From: Bacteroidales bacterium UBA3810
GTDB lineage: Bacteria; Bacteroidota; Bacteroidia; Bacteroidales; Paludibacteraceae
NCBI GenBank assembly: GCA_002368645.1
Contig: DFEE01000032.1
Coordinates: forward strand, 1,511-65,510
DNA: 64,000 nt
Direction: 5' to 3'
This document shows, piece after piece, positions 15,877-26,208 of this stretch. The notes under the pieces were generated by a model. It searched no databases. It was given only the letters and a program-made list of their open reading frames with translations, and was not told the origin of the DNA. Position 1 is the stretch's first letter; the number at the start of each line of letters is the position of its first letter. The translations under genes and the position numbers were made by a program.

Positions 15877-16362
15877 TTACTTGTTCATCAAAAGACCATC
15901 CTGCCAATTGAGCGTGGGGTAGTTTTGGCGCAAGTATTTGACCGACTGCTCGATAGTACTGCTGCCGCTGGTGGCAAATGGAATGAGTGTTTTGCCCTCC
16001 AACTGCGGCAAGTTATTGTCAAGCCATGAGTTGATTATTCGCGGGCAGATTCCCCACCAGATGGGATAACCGAGATAGATGGTGTCATAGGGTGTAATGT
16101 CGGTGCATTGTTTGATAGCTGGTCGCGCTTCGGGGTCGCTCATCTCCAAAGAAGAACGTGACTGTTTATTGCGCCAGTCGAGGTCGGCAGCCGAATATGG
16201 TTCGGCGGCTTCAATCTCCCAGATGGCGGCGTTGTGTTCTTTAGCAATCAGTTGTGCTGCGGCTTTGGTTGTTCCTGTCGCGGAGAAATAGGCAACTAAT
16301 GTTTTGGCTTGCATGCCGGTTGTTAACAAGGCGGCTGCAAAAAGGATAAATAATTGTTTCAT
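15877..16362 (-). CDS. flavodoxin-family protein with N-terminal signal peptide
   Basis: Start chosen at MKQLFILFAAALLTTGMQA. KTLVAYFSATGTTK is the FMN phosphate-binding loop. YLGYPIWWG and PFATSGSS are typical of the flavodoxin_4 type. Confidence 0.75.
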   Translation of the reverse strand: MKQLFILFAAALLTTGMQAKTLVAYFSATGTTKAAAQLIAKEHNAAIWEIEAAEPYSAADLDWRNKQSRSSLEMSDPEARPAIKQCTDITPYDTIYLGYPIWWGICPRIINSWLDNNLPQLEGKTLIPFATSGSSTIEQSVKYLRQNYPTLNWQDGLLMNK

Positions 16363-16388
16363 ATGGAGATTCGTTTTGTAGTCGGCAG

Positions 16389-16396
16389 CAAAGTTA
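16389..16396 (-). promoter_or_regulatory. -7 box TAACTTTG (minus strand) for the flavodoxin gene
   Basis: The plus strand reads CAAAGTTA, 27 nt upstream of the ATG at 16362. This also argues against the longer track ORF start at 16431. Confidence 0.4.
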
Positions 16397-16639
16397 CTAC
16401 ATTCTTCTGAGATATGCAAATAAATTAGCAAAATTCATTCAATTTACTCCTTTTTGGTGAATTATGCCGAGATTTTTCTTTGCGTTTTCGTGCATGGAAT
16501 ACAGTAAGGTGGTAGTGCGAGTAAGTGAAATGACAAGACGGGTAAGAAAAATAAGAAAATTTTTAGTAAACAATTGAATTTCATCGGCATTTTTTTAGGG
16601 CGGGTAAGTAAAAAATTTGCATATGTCAAAAAAAAGCAG

Positions 16640-16647
16640 TAATTTTG
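16640..16647 (+). promoter_or_regulatory. -7 box TAATTTTG for the 16688 gene
   Basis: TAATTTTG lies 41 nt upstream of the ATG. Confidence 0.45.
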
Positions 16648-16687
16648 CATCGTTTTTTGATACTGCAAAAACTAACTTTTCACAATA

Positions 16688-19600
16688 ATGAAACAAACTA
16701 TTTTTAACGTACTAACAGTTCTCTTGCTGCTCAATGCTGCAACATTATTTCATCACGCGTATGCGCAAGGACTCGAAGACTATACGTGGCGGCTCGACGC
16801 GATCCGTAACAGGGATTCTTATTATTACGATGAGGCATCGGGTGATACTGTGAAAACCGGGAGTATAACGCGATTCCACTATGACTCTACTTCCTTCTAT
16901 ACGCTAAATTTTAGGGGTGTGAGTGAGTGGGCTGACTCCGTAGAAGTGTTTGGGCGTGCTGAGCAGACAATCTACAGCCATATAGGCCCTAACGGAAAGC
17001 ATATGGAACAAGTTTTAGTCATACGTGGTTCAGCTAAGGTTATGTCGGCGGATTCGTTTGCGGCATATAATCCGTTATCGGATACCATAGTGCGCAATAA
17101 TAAGTATAGTGATTACAAGTATGACACTTATCGCAATGTGTATGACGCCAATGGGGCACTCATCCGGCAAATCCGTAACTATGATGTTATAAGCTACACG
17201 TTGGACTTTGATTCGCTGATAGTCGTGCTATCAGATACCGCACGGCATTATACGGATGAGGAGGTGTTGGCGTTGTATAACCGCTTGCCGTACTACATCA
17301 ACGGGCGGACCATTGTCACACAGACAGATTCCACGGCAGAAGAGGTCAATTTAATTCCTTATTATGATTACGAAATAGACTCCTTCTATGTTTCCAGCGA
17401 GAAGAAAGAGCGCTATGAGCAGCAACGGTGTGTCTATTCGGAGAGCAGGAAATATACTTACTATAATGGCAAAACAATCACGACGACTATTAATGAATAC
17501 AACCTCTCCGGTGCAACCACCGCCACGGGTACCATCACCGAAAAATGGAGCAAAGACTCGTTGCCGACCAATTATACTTTGAGTCGTCAAGAGTTTGATT
17601 TAGGTATAAAGACGCGTGACTTGTACGATTGGCGCACCTTTTCCAACGGCGTAATGACGAAGAAATCTTATACGGATATAGTCTATGGGCAAGACAGTAT
17701 TTGGGACTTGAGAGAGACCTATAGTTATACCTATGACTCGTTAGGTATGGACTCTTCCATCACACGCACAGAACGAATTTATGACCGTCAGACGCAAAAG
17801 GACCTCTATTTGGCTAAATCCACCTTTGCCAACGGCGCATGGCGGCTCAATAGCGTGCAGGCATGGCAATTATTCCCTGCGCCACAAGGTGCTGTCACTA
17901 AGTTGACACGCGATTATGCCTACCATTGTATGCAATATCATCCAAGATATACTTGCTACGTTGACAAGGATTTGACCTTTGCCTATGACCGGGACGGCCA
18001 ACTGACCTTCGCGCAAGATTCATCGTCATATCTGAAATCAAGGTATGTGAAAGACAGTTTAGGAGTATATCACTGGTATTATGACACTATCTATGTCTAT
18101 AGCAATAGAGTTTTGGAAGGCGGTAAACTCACGCACGGACAGAACTACCAATATCATTTCTTGGACGACCTGACCTTGGTCAATGACACTATTGTGACTG
18201 ATGCGTACACCCGGATAGCCGTCATTAATACCCAAGATACCACAAGAACCACTACCATGAGTTATCATATGCCCTTCGGCGGCAGCAAAAGTGTGAAAGA
18301 GAAACGCAATGCCCTTACCGGCGAATGGGAATTGGTGTCAGAGAGCGACTATACGGTCTTGACCAATCAAAATGGTGTGCCGCAATCCGCCACTTTATCT
18401 ACGGTTAATGCGAATGGTGAAATAACCGATGCAGACTACTATCTCTTTAAGCCTTGGGATAATGAAAAACAATGCTATACCCGTAACCAAATCGGGTGGG
18501 CTTATTTGTATAAAGGTGAATTGCATACCCATTTCTATGACAGTGAATCCTATACCTTCTACAACCGCCAAGGGGAGGTGACGGGTAGCTTCCATAATAC
18601 CTGCTCAAGTTGCGAACTGACCAACGTAAATATCTATGGTATCTATAAAAAAGAGCAACGCGACGAATCGGGACGAATAGATACTGTCAAATGGTACGCT
18701 TTCTACGGTGCGTGGTATCCGATACGGTATGATGTCTATACCTATGTGCCGGAAGGCGACGGAACAGATGTGGCTTCTATTGCCCATTATACCATCGACG
18801 CCTCCAACTATTGGTATGAGTCGGACTATAAAGTGGATAATGAATGGTGCGCCGGTTGGTGGCACAGACACTTGAGAGGTGAGGAAGAAACTACCGATAT
18901 GCACCATTTCCGCACGGATAGTCTCGCCCACACCTATAGTACCTATAACGAAGCAGGTTGGGTCATCGAAACGCGTCAATATAAAGGAGAGTACGGCCCC
19001 GTTGTGCGGCACCCCAATGTATTTACCTACAATGAGCAAGGGCGCGTCACAGAGCATATTACCTACACGGACACACTACCCACTACCCGCAAACTGTATT
19101 TCTACGACGAGGCAATGACCCAAGACGCTGTAGCATGCGTCACCTGGAGCAAATATGATACAGCTACTGAGACATGGAAAAGTCCGTCGGCAACTATCTA
19201 TGGTGCGTCTATCTATGACGAAGCGGGCAGAGTAACAGTCTCTGTGCAGTATAAAGCGAGCAGTGATTATTTGAGTATTCAACCCACCGAACGTTATGAG
19301 TATCAGTACGAAGGTGATAATCGGGACTGGGTCTTGCGCGATTATTATAAATGGGCTAACGACCAATGGATATGCCAAACGCCTACCTACCGCGGGAAAG
19401 ATCTTAATCCGGTAGAGATGGACGCAAAGGGCAATTTAATATCCCGCTCTACAGGCACAATCGGATGCGGAGGTGTACACCAAGCTCAATATTCGTGGCG
19501 GTTCGACTATGACACCTCGCTTGGCGGCAGCCAACCTATTCTATCTCCGGCAGCTTATGGGGTTGAGGAGTCAACAATCTATGGTCTTTTCAACGGGCAT

Positions 19601-20287
19601 CATAATGTCTCGCGTCCTGTGAGTGGCGCCTATCAACGCGGTACAAGTCAGGAATACGACATAGAATTCCGCTACACCCAATTGAAGAACCTGCCCGCAG
19701 ACACCATCCCCGAGGAGATTATTCCTTCCGACACCATTGCTACGGACACCATTCCTCAAGAACCGCAAGAACAAATCGGATATGTCACGGTAGAGCCCGC
19801 TGAGACAACTGCCTATTTCACATGGCCGACAGACGAAGCGGCGGAGAAGTATATCATCGATATCCGCAAAGACGGTGAGGTGTTCTGCCACTTGACATTG
19901 GACGCGATAGGGCGACTCATCAGCATTTCCTTTGCTCCGGATAGAGGAGGCTCGCAGAGCGTAGGAGAAACAATGCGTTTCTTGGTGACCGGTCTTGCCC
20001 GAGCGACCAAGTATAATTACACAGTAGCCACTCTTGGCGAAAACGATGTGGTGCTGCATGTCTATCAGGGTGAGTTTGCGACATTGGGATATAGCGGTCC
20101 GCTCAATCCCGGGGGTATAGAGGTGACTCCGACTCCGCCTGTAGTGCCTTATGACCCGATGGAGATAGAGTCCGGAATAGAGGAGACCATTCTCTCGGGA
20201 CCTTATTCCAAGGCGCTCTACAAAGGTCAGATAGTCATCATTCGTGACGGAAAGTGGTATAACTTACAAGGTGTGCGGATACTATGA
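16688..20287 (+). CDS. large secreted protein (1199 aa) with degenerate YD/RHS-like repeats and C-terminal sorting-like motif
   Basis: Signal peptide MKQTIFNVLTVLLLLNAATLFHHAYA. Recurrent xY(D/N)xxG(R/Q)(V/L)T segments include YTYDSLG, FAYDRDGQLT, FYNRQGEVTG, TYNEAGWVIE, TYNEQGRVTEH and IYDEAGRVTV. The C-terminus is YKGQIVIIRDGKWYNLQGVRIL. Confidence 0.8.
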   Translation: MKQTIFNVLTVLLLLNAATLFHHAYAQGLEDYTWRLDAIRNRDSYYYDEASGDTVKTGSITRFHYDSTSFYTLNFRGVSEWADSVEVFGRAEQTIYSHIGPNGKHMEQVLVIRGSAKVMSADSFAAYNPLSDTIVRNNKYSDYKYDTYRNVYDANGALIRQIRNYDVISYTLDFDSLIVVLSDTARHYTDEEVLALYNRLPYYINGRTIVTQTDSTAEEVNLIPYYDYEIDSFYVSSEKKERYEQQRCVYSESRKYTYYNGKTITTTINEYNLSGATTATGTITEKWSKDSLPTNYTLSRQEFDLGIKTRDLYDWRTFSNGVMTKKSYTDIVYGQDSIWDLRETYSYTYDSLGMDSSITRTERIYDRQTQKDLYLAKSTFANGAWRLNSVQAWQLFPAPQGAVTKLTRDYAYHCMQYHPRYTCYVDKDLTFAYDRDGQLTFAQDSSSYLKSRYVKDSLGVYHWYYDTIYVYSNRVLEGGKLTHGQNYQYHFLDDLTLVNDTIVTDAYTRIAVINTQDTTRTTTMSYHMPFGGSKSVKEKRNALTGEWELVSESDYTVLTNQNGVPQSATLSTVNANGEITDADYYLFKPWDNEKQCYTRNQIGWAYLYKGELHTHFYDSESYTFYNRQGEVTGSFHNTCSSCELTNVNIYGIYKKEQRDESGRIDTVKWYAFYGAWYPIRYDVYTYVPEGDGTDVASIAHYTIDASNYWYESDYKVDNEWCAGWWHRHLRGEEETTDMHHFRTDSLAHTYSTYNEAGWVIETRQYKGEYGPVVRHPNVFTYNEQGRVTEHITYTDTLPTTRKLYFYDEAMTQDAVACVTWSKYDTATETWKSPSATIYGASIYDEAGRVTVSVQYKASSDYLSIQPTERYEYQYEGDNRDWVLRDYYKWANDQWICQTPTYRGKDLNPVEMDAKGNLISRSTGTIGCGGVHQAQYSWRFDYDTSLGGSQPILSPAAYGVEESTIYGLFNGHHNVSRPVSGAYQRGTSQEYDIEFRYTQLKNLPADTIPEEIIPSDTIATDTIPQEPQEQIGYVTVEPAETTAYFTWPTDEAAEKYIIDIRKDGEVFCHLTLDAIGRLISISFAPDRGGSQSVGETMRFLVTGLARATKYNYTVATLGENDVVLHVYQGEFATLGYSGPLNPGGIEVTPTPPVVPYDPMEIESGIEETILSGPYSKALYKGQIVIIRDGKWYNLQGVRIL

Positions 20288-21798
20288 AAAAGTTGGTAAT
20301 AGTACTCTGTATAACGGCACTATGGGGGTGTAAGGGCGGCAAAGAGGCTGAGCCTCAGTTCCGAGAGAAGGTGATGCAAGAGATAAGCCTTTTCCGGCAG
20401 GGGCAAGTGCCCTCCGACAGCACCATCAATGCGCTCCTCCGGAAAGCACGTGAGACAGGCGACTCCCCAAGCCTCTGCTATGCCCTATACCTGCAAGGAA
20501 GCGTGTATAACTATACGCTACGGTTCAATCAGGTCATAGAACCCTTGAAAGAAGCGGAAAGTCTCATCCCCTCACTGCCAGATGGTGACCCGATAGCCGG
20601 TATGATTTATATGGTCCAGGGCTCAGCGCTTGAACAAAATGACTACCTATGGGCTCAAGCGCGTGAGAAGTACGAAGCGGCTTTACCCTATTTTGAGCGA
20701 ATCGGTGATACGCTCAGGTTGGCATCGTGTTACCGAGATATCGGACGGATGAGCCTTTGGCGAGGCGACACGGCACTATACGAAACGGCATTCGGGGAAG
20801 CGATTCGTTTGGCAGAACGGCAACCTAATCGGCTCATTTATCACGATATATGTATCCAGTACCTGCTTAATCACCTCCCGGCAGATACCGCGGCGATGAT
20901 GGCCGAAAGTCAAATTCTATGTGACTCATTCGGGCTATATCGATACGCGTGGATTGAAGCGGAATACTATCTGAGGAAGGGTGATGCCGAAAACTCAGCA
21001 CGGTGGATTGAGAGCTTTGCTGCCGACACGGCATATTCTCGGTGGAGTTTGGAGAAATATCATCAATTACGAAGTGCCTTACTCAATGAAAGGGGTGACC
21101 CGCAGGGGGCTTATAATGAATTGAGGCATCTCTATGAGGCGTCAATGCACCGTATTTATGAGGAAGGCTTAAGCAGGACCTATGCGGTGGCACGACAATA
21201 TGATTTGGAGCGAGAGCGGCAGAAAACGCTAAGGCTTACTATTGAGAAACAACGTCTTTACTTGGCATTAGGCGGTATAGTGCTGCTATTGCTTATCAGT
21301 TTGCTGTGGCTTCTATGGGAGCGCAGCAAACGTCTTAGTAGGGAGCATGAGAAGGAGTTGGCACAAGTTCAAGCCGCAGAGACTGCCCGGCAATTGGCGG
21401 ATAGGCGCGCCACACTAAAGCAGATATTGCAACAGCGTGTGGCGCTGGCGGTGCGACTTAAGCGGCAAGCTAATGTTCTGCCCAAAGAAATACCGGCTTG
21501 GGTGATGAATTATATAGAAGAAAATGCTTTTACCAACGACACAAACTGGCAAGACTTTCTCCATGAGTTCCAAGGTGCCTATGGTGATCTTCTCACCCGA
21601 CTCCATAAACAGTATCCGGCTCTAACACAGCAAGATGACCAATATCTCGCATTGGCGATTCTCGGACTCGATAATAATGAAATAGCTGTACTGCTCAATT
21701 CCTCCGATAGAACGATTTGGAACAGGCGGCAGAAAATAAAAACCCGACTCGGAAATAGCAAACTGGATTTGGATACCTTCCTTGCCCATTTGCCCTAA
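20284..21798 (+). CDS. membrane-anchored regulator: lipoprotein signal, TPR-like helical ectodomain, one TM helix, coiled coil, LuxR/GerE-type HTH
   Basis: ATGA start/stop overlap with the upstream gene. N-terminus MKKLVIVLCITALWGC. TM segment LYLALGGIVLLLLISLLWLLW. C-terminal LTQQDDQYLALAILGLDNNEIAVLLNSSDRTIWNRRQKIKTRLG fits a LuxR-type HTH. Confidence 0.75.
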   Translation: MKKLVIVLCITALWGCKGGKEAEPQFREKVMQEISLFRQGQVPSDSTINALLRKARETGDSPSLCYALYLQGSVYNYTLRFNQVIEPLKEAESLIPSLPDGDPIAGMIYMVQGSALEQNDYLWAQAREKYEAALPYFERIGDTLRLASCYRDIGRMSLWRGDTALYETAFGEAIRLAERQPNRLIYHDICIQYLLNHLPADTAAMMAESQILCDSFGLYRYAWIEAEYYLRKGDAENSARWIESFAADTAYSRWSLEKYHQLRSALLNERGDPQGAYNELRHLYEASMHRIYEEGLSRTYAVARQYDLERERQKTLRLTIEKQRLYLALGGIVLLLLISLLWLLWERSKRLSREHEKELAQVQAAETARQLADRRATLKQILQQRVALAVRLKRQANVLPKEIPAWVMNYIEENAFTNDTNWQDFLHEFQGAYGDLLTRLHKQYPALTQQDDQYLALAILGLDNNEIAVLLNSSDRTIWNRRQKIKTRLGNSKLDLDTFLAHLP

Positions 21799-21881
21799 CA
21801 AGGCACCACGGCTCTTTTCAACATACATCTATTTTTTGGCGACAAAAGAAAAAATTATTTGCATATATAAAAAGAAATGCT

Positions 21882-21889
21882 TATCTTTG
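21882..21889 (+). promoter_or_regulatory. -7 box TATCTTTG for the 21913 gene
   Basis: TATCTTTG lies 24 nt upstream of the ATG. Confidence 0.45.
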
Positions 21890-21912
21890 CGCTCCAAATA
21901 GTTATATAACTT

Positions 21913-23211
21913 ATGAGAAAAGTGTTCGTGTTGGTCTTTAGTGCCATTGTATGTCAAAGTTGTTTTTTAGCCAGTATTGTGACAACGACTCCTCCTGCGC
22001 AGCCGGTACAGCAGACAAATGTCGTTTATTCCCAGCCTGTTACGACGGTAGTCAATACTAATCATAATCGTACGCAAACGACTACGGTTGTGGAGGTTAC
22101 ACCGCTGACGCGTGATATCTGTCTCTATTTAGATTTGCGTGCGGTAGGTGCTGCGTTTGCGCAATCAAGGTCGGTTCAGGACTTTGAACATATACTCAAT
22201 TCCAATGCCTACTTGATGTCTAACCTTGACTTGAACCGCGACGGGTATATCGATTATTTGCGCGTATTAGAGATGCGACAAGGATATAATCATGTGTTGC
22301 TGATACAAGCGGTCTTGGGTGCTAATTATTACCAAGATGTGGCGACCATTGTGGCGGAAATGAGCTATAACACTCCCTATGTACAGGTTATAGGTGCTCC
22401 CTATATCTATGGTGCCAACTATATCATAGAGCCTGTATTCTACAATAGACCGCCTATGTTTGACGCTTGGGGAAGGTCAAGTTATGCTACATGGCGCTCA
22501 CCCTACTATTGGGATTACTATCCGTCTTATTATAACCGCCATGCGCCTTATGAACTTAGTCATTACCAAGCATATGTCAAAACGTATATGCAGCACCATC
22601 GCTACTGCCAAGAGACGCATTATGCAAACCAGTATCATTACGCCAACTATAAGAATATCTATCAACACGAGTCACGTAATGACTACGCTGCGGCTCACCC
22701 GGAACAGTCTTTTAGCCGCCGTGCCGAGTCCTTAGCAAAGGATGCATTGCGGGCATCGGGTGGGGTGACATTGAGTAACGCGCGCGCACTGCAAGAAGAG
22801 GTCGCTCGGTCGGCTACACGCACTACCACCACAACGACCACCAAAGCGAGTGCCTCTACTGCTAACCCCGCTGCGTCCACTACTACTAAGCCGGCTTCTT
22901 CAACAACTTCTAAACAGGCTTCGTCTTCTACCTCGAAACCTGTCTCTGTGACCGCCGGAACCCGTACTCAGACAACGCAACCGCAAACGCAATCCCGTCC
23001 TTCAACGCCCAAGGCAGAGCCCGTAACCACCATTAAACCGGTGATGACGACCAGTAAAGTGCGTTCTTCGGGGGCGGCAAGCACAACCCGCTCTTCAACT
23101 CCAATGCGTACCACACCGACTGGTACGGCAACATCAACTCAACAAAAAGCTCCGACGACTTCAACATCAACGGGGACACGAACATCGGTATCAGCCGGAA
23201 CAAGAAGATAA
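21913..23211 (+). CDS. secreted/lipoprotein-like protein with EF-hand-like loop, Tyr/His-rich segment and long Thr/Ser/Pro-rich tail
   Basis: N-terminus MRKVFVLVFSAIVCQSC. DLNRDGYIDYLRV fits a DxNxDGxID calcium-loop pattern. The C-terminal roughly 150 aa are mostly T/S/P/A. Confidence 0.7.
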   Translation: MRKVFVLVFSAIVCQSCFLASIVTTTPPAQPVQQTNVVYSQPVTTVVNTNHNRTQTTTVVEVTPLTRDICLYLDLRAVGAAFAQSRSVQDFEHILNSNAYLMSNLDLNRDGYIDYLRVLEMRQGYNHVLLIQAVLGANYYQDVATIVAEMSYNTPYVQVIGAPYIYGANYIIEPVFYNRPPMFDAWGRSSYATWRSPYYWDYYPSYYNRHAPYELSHYQAYVKTYMQHHRYCQETHYANQYHYANYKNIYQHESRNDYAAAHPEQSFSRRAESLAKDALRASGGVTLSNARALQEEVARSATRTTTTTTTKASASTANPAASTTTKPASSTTSKQASSSTSKPVSVTAGTRTQTTQPQTQSRPSTPKAEPVTTIKPVMTTSKVRSSGAASTTRSSTPMRTTPTGTATSTQQKAPTTSTSTGTRTSVSAGTRR

Positions 23212-23217
23212 GTCCTT

Positions 23218-25017
23218 TTACTCGTCCGAGAAATGGACGAGTACATGACGGTAGGAGTTGAAGATTTGGGACTTGGAAACCATTCCTTTATAGTGTCTGG
23301 ATTGGTCCACGACCGGTAAGTTCCATGCCCCTGTGTCTTCAAAGGTCTTCATGACCTTTTCCATTGACCAATCATCGCGAATAACGGCTTGCGGATAGGA
23401 CATCAAGTCCTTGACCGTGAACCGCTTATAGAGTCGTGGCTGGAACATGATATTGCGGACTTCATCAAGCAGTAATATGCCCTGCAGGCGTCCGCGTTGG
23501 TCCACTACGGGGAAGATATTGCGGTGGGAAGCGGCGATAACCTTGACCAATTGGCCTAAAGTCATATCGGGTGTGACGGTCGTGAGATCAGTTTCCAATA
23601 CGGAGTCCATCTTGAGCAGCGTCAAGACCGAACGGTCTTTGTTGTGGGTCAAAAGTTCGCCCTTTTGGGCAAGTCGCATCGCATAGAGAGAGTGCTTCTC
23701 AAAGAGCATAATGGTCATATATGAAAAGACCGAGACAATCATCAAAGGCATAAAGAGGTGGTAACCTCCTGTCAATTCTGCAATTAGAAATATTCCCGTC
23801 AGCGGGGCGTGCATGACTCCTGACATCAGTCCTGCCATGCCCGCCATAATGAAGTTCGCCTCAGGTGCTACCGCTAAAGCAGGATGCGCAAAACAAATGA
23901 TATTGTAAAGACGGATAAACACAAACCCCGTAATGGCCCCCATGAAGAGCGAAGGCGCAAAAATACCGCCAACACCGCCACCACCATTGGTGGCTACGGA
24001 AGCCACTATCTTAATTAACACAATGACAGCATAATAGACCAACACCATCCAAATGGTCGAGTTGAGGCTTGCAATAGGAGACATGGCAAAGTCTTGAAGA
24101 ATATGGCCATCCATAAGGTGCTGAATAACAGTATAACCTTCACCATAAAGCGGCGGGAAAAGGTAAATAAGTATCCCTAAAGTTACGCCTCCAACCAATG
24201 CTTTGCCCCAGAAGGAAGTTATATGTTCTTTGAACCAAGTCTCCAGCCCATTCATGCCCCTTGTAAAGTACAGACTGACAAAGCCGCAAAGGACCCCTAA
24301 TAGCAGGTAGAGCGGGATACGGCTCAAGGTGAATGGCTCTGTAACCTCCAAGGGGAACATCGGCTCCATCCCGTTGAAAACATAGGCAATTGCCGTTGCA
24401 GTGATGGAAGAGATGAGCAAGGGGGATATGTTGGTCATTGTCAGGTCAATAAGCAGTACTTCAAGGGTGAAAACCAATCCCGCTATCGGGGCTTCAAAAA
24501 TGCCTCCGATAGCTCCGGCAGCACCGCAACCGACCATGAGCATAAGCGTTTTTTGGTCCAAGTGGAAGAGTTTGCCCAAATTAGACCCGATAGCTGCGCC
24601 CGTGAGCACAATAGGCGCTTCGGCACCGACGGAACCTCCAAAACCGATTGTCAATGCCGAACCTACGACTGAGGACCACATATTATGTGCCTTGATGATG
24701 GATTTGCGTTGGGAGATGGCGTAGAGAATCTTAGTAACACCATGCCCGATGTCGTCTTTGACGATATACCGAACGAAAAGAGCGGACAAAATTATACCCA
24801 CCATGGGGGTTAGAAAATACCAATAGGTGTGGGTGTCGTGCACCAAGATATTTTCCACAAACAACTGAATCCAATGGATAAATGTCTTCAGAAGAACAGC
24901 TGCTAATGCCGAAAAAGCACCGACGAAGAAAGAGAGAATAAGAATAAGTGAACGCTCGGAGAGATACTTTTCCCTCCATTCAATCAGTACATTATAGAAC
25001 CGAAAGCCTTTTTTCAT
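23218..25017 (-). CDS. ClC-family voltage-gated chloride channel / H+-Cl- antiporter with C-terminal CBS pair
   Basis: ClC selectivity motifs GGSVGAEAP, GIFEAPIAG and GIFAPSLFMG. The C-terminal roughly 140 aa are CBS-like. Confidence 0.9.
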   Translation of the reverse strand: MKKGFRFYNVLIEWREKYLSERSLILILSFFVGAFSALAAVLLKTFIHWIQLFVENILVHDTHTYWYFLTPMVGIILSALFVRYIVKDDIGHGVTKILYAISQRKSIIKAHNMWSSVVGSALTIGFGGSVGAEAPIVLTGAAIGSNLGKLFHLDQKTLMLMVGCGAAGAIGGIFEAPIAGLVFTLEVLLIDLTMTNISPLLISSITATAIAYVFNGMEPMFPLEVTEPFTLSRIPLYLLLGVLCGFVSLYFTRGMNGLETWFKEHITSFWGKALVGGVTLGILIYLFPPLYGEGYTVIQHLMDGHILQDFAMSPIASLNSTIWMVLVYYAVIVLIKIVASVATNGGGGVGGIFAPSLFMGAITGFVFIRLYNIICFAHPALAVAPEANFIMAGMAGLMSGVMHAPLTGIFLIAELTGGYHLFMPLMIVSVFSYMTIMLFEKHSLYAMRLAQKGELLTHNKDRSVLTLLKMDSVLETDLTTVTPDMTLGQLVKVIAASHRNIFPVVDQRGRLQGILLLDEVRNIMFQPRLYKRFTVKDLMSYPQAVIRDDWSMEKVMKTFEDTGAWNLPVVDQSRHYKGMVSKSQIFNSYRHVLVHFSDE

Positions 25018-25020
25018 GCC

Positions 25021-26196
25021 TTATTCGTCCCAACCGATACCTTTGTATTTGGAGAGATCCCATTCCTCATCTACTTCGTTGAGATAGATGGTTTCGGGCT
25101 CCTCTTCCTCCGTTTCAGACTCATCGGGGCGTTCAATCTGTTTAACCTCAATGGGGGCGTGGGAGATTTCGATGATGCGGTTCTGCTCTTTTTGGAGTTC
25201 AGCCCAAAGGGCATCCTTCAGTTCTTGTATGCCGATTCCCGCAACGGAGGAAATCTTATAGACAGGGATGTCAATGTCCAATTGGTCAATAGACTGCTTA
25301 GGTGCGGTCACTTCCTCCGAGGCTTCGTCCGGCTCGATATCGCACTTAGTGACGGCTAATATGCGGGCTTTAGTGAGCAGTTCCGGATTATATTTTTCAA
25401 GCTCTGCGAGCAAAATATGATATTCTTTGACAATGTCTTCAGAGGTGATGGGCACCATGAAGAGCAGGACGGCATTGCGCTCAATATGTCTGAGGAACCG
25501 CAAGCCGAGTCCTTTACCTTCTGCTGCTCCCTCAATAATACCGGGAATGTCAGCCATGCAGAAGGATTGATTGTCCCTCACCGAAACAATTCCAAGTTGC
25601 GGTGTCAGGGTTGTGAAGGGGTAGTCTGCTATCTCCGGTTTAGCGGCAGAAACGACCGAGAGAAGCGTTGATTTACCGGCATTGGGGAAACCGACCAGTC
25701 CTACATCAGCGAGGACTTTGAGTTGTAAAATGATGTTGCGTTCAATGGCAGGTTCTCCGGGTTGGGCATAGCGCGGGGTTTGGTTTGTCGCGGTTTTGAA
25801 ATGCCAGTTACCGAGTCCGCCACGACCGCCTTTAAGGAGGACTATACGCTCGCCGTGCTCCTTTACTTCGGTGAGGAACTCACCTGTGTCACCGTCATAG
25901 ACGACTGTTCCGCAAGGCACCTGGATAATCTTATCCTCGCCGTCCTTGCCGGTTGAACGGTCCTTGGACCCGTTTCCTCCATCCGTCGCCATGATATGTT
26001 TCTGGTACTTAAGATGGAGGAGGGTCCATAGATTGCGATTGCCTTCTAAAATGATATGCCCGCCTCGTCCTCCATCGCCACCGTCAGGACCACCTTTCGG
26101 TACATACTTGGCGCGGTGCAAGTGCATGGCACCTGCGCCTCCCTTGCCGGAACGGCAATAAATCTTGACATAATCGATGAAGTTGGGTTGTGACAT
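25021..26196 (-). CDS. obg: GTPase Obg/CgtA
   Basis: N-terminal Gly-rich Obg fold: [46 protein letters not shown]1 motif GFPNAGKST, plus DIPG and TKCD motifs. Confidence 0.95.
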   Translation of the reverse strand: MSQPNFIDYVKIYCRSGKGGAGAMHLHRAKYVPKGGPDGGDGGRGGHIILEGNRNLWTLLHLKYQKHIMATDGGNGSKDRSTGKDGEDKIIQVPCGTVVYDGDTGEFLTEVKEHGERIVLLKGGRGGLGNWHFKTATNQTPRYAQPGEPAIERNIILQLKVLADVGLVGFPNAGKSTLLSVVSAAKPEIADYPFTTLTPQLGIVSVRDNQSFCMADIPGIIEGAAEGKGLGLRFLRHIERNAVLLFMVPITSEDIVKEYHILLAELEKYNPELLTKARILAVTKCDIEPDEASEEVTAPKQSIDQLDIDIPVYKISSVAGIGIQELKDALWAELQKEQNRIIEISHAPIEVKQIERPDESETEEEEPETIYLNEVDEEWDLSKYKGIGWDE

Positions 26197-26208
26197 AATG
26201 CGGCAAAC

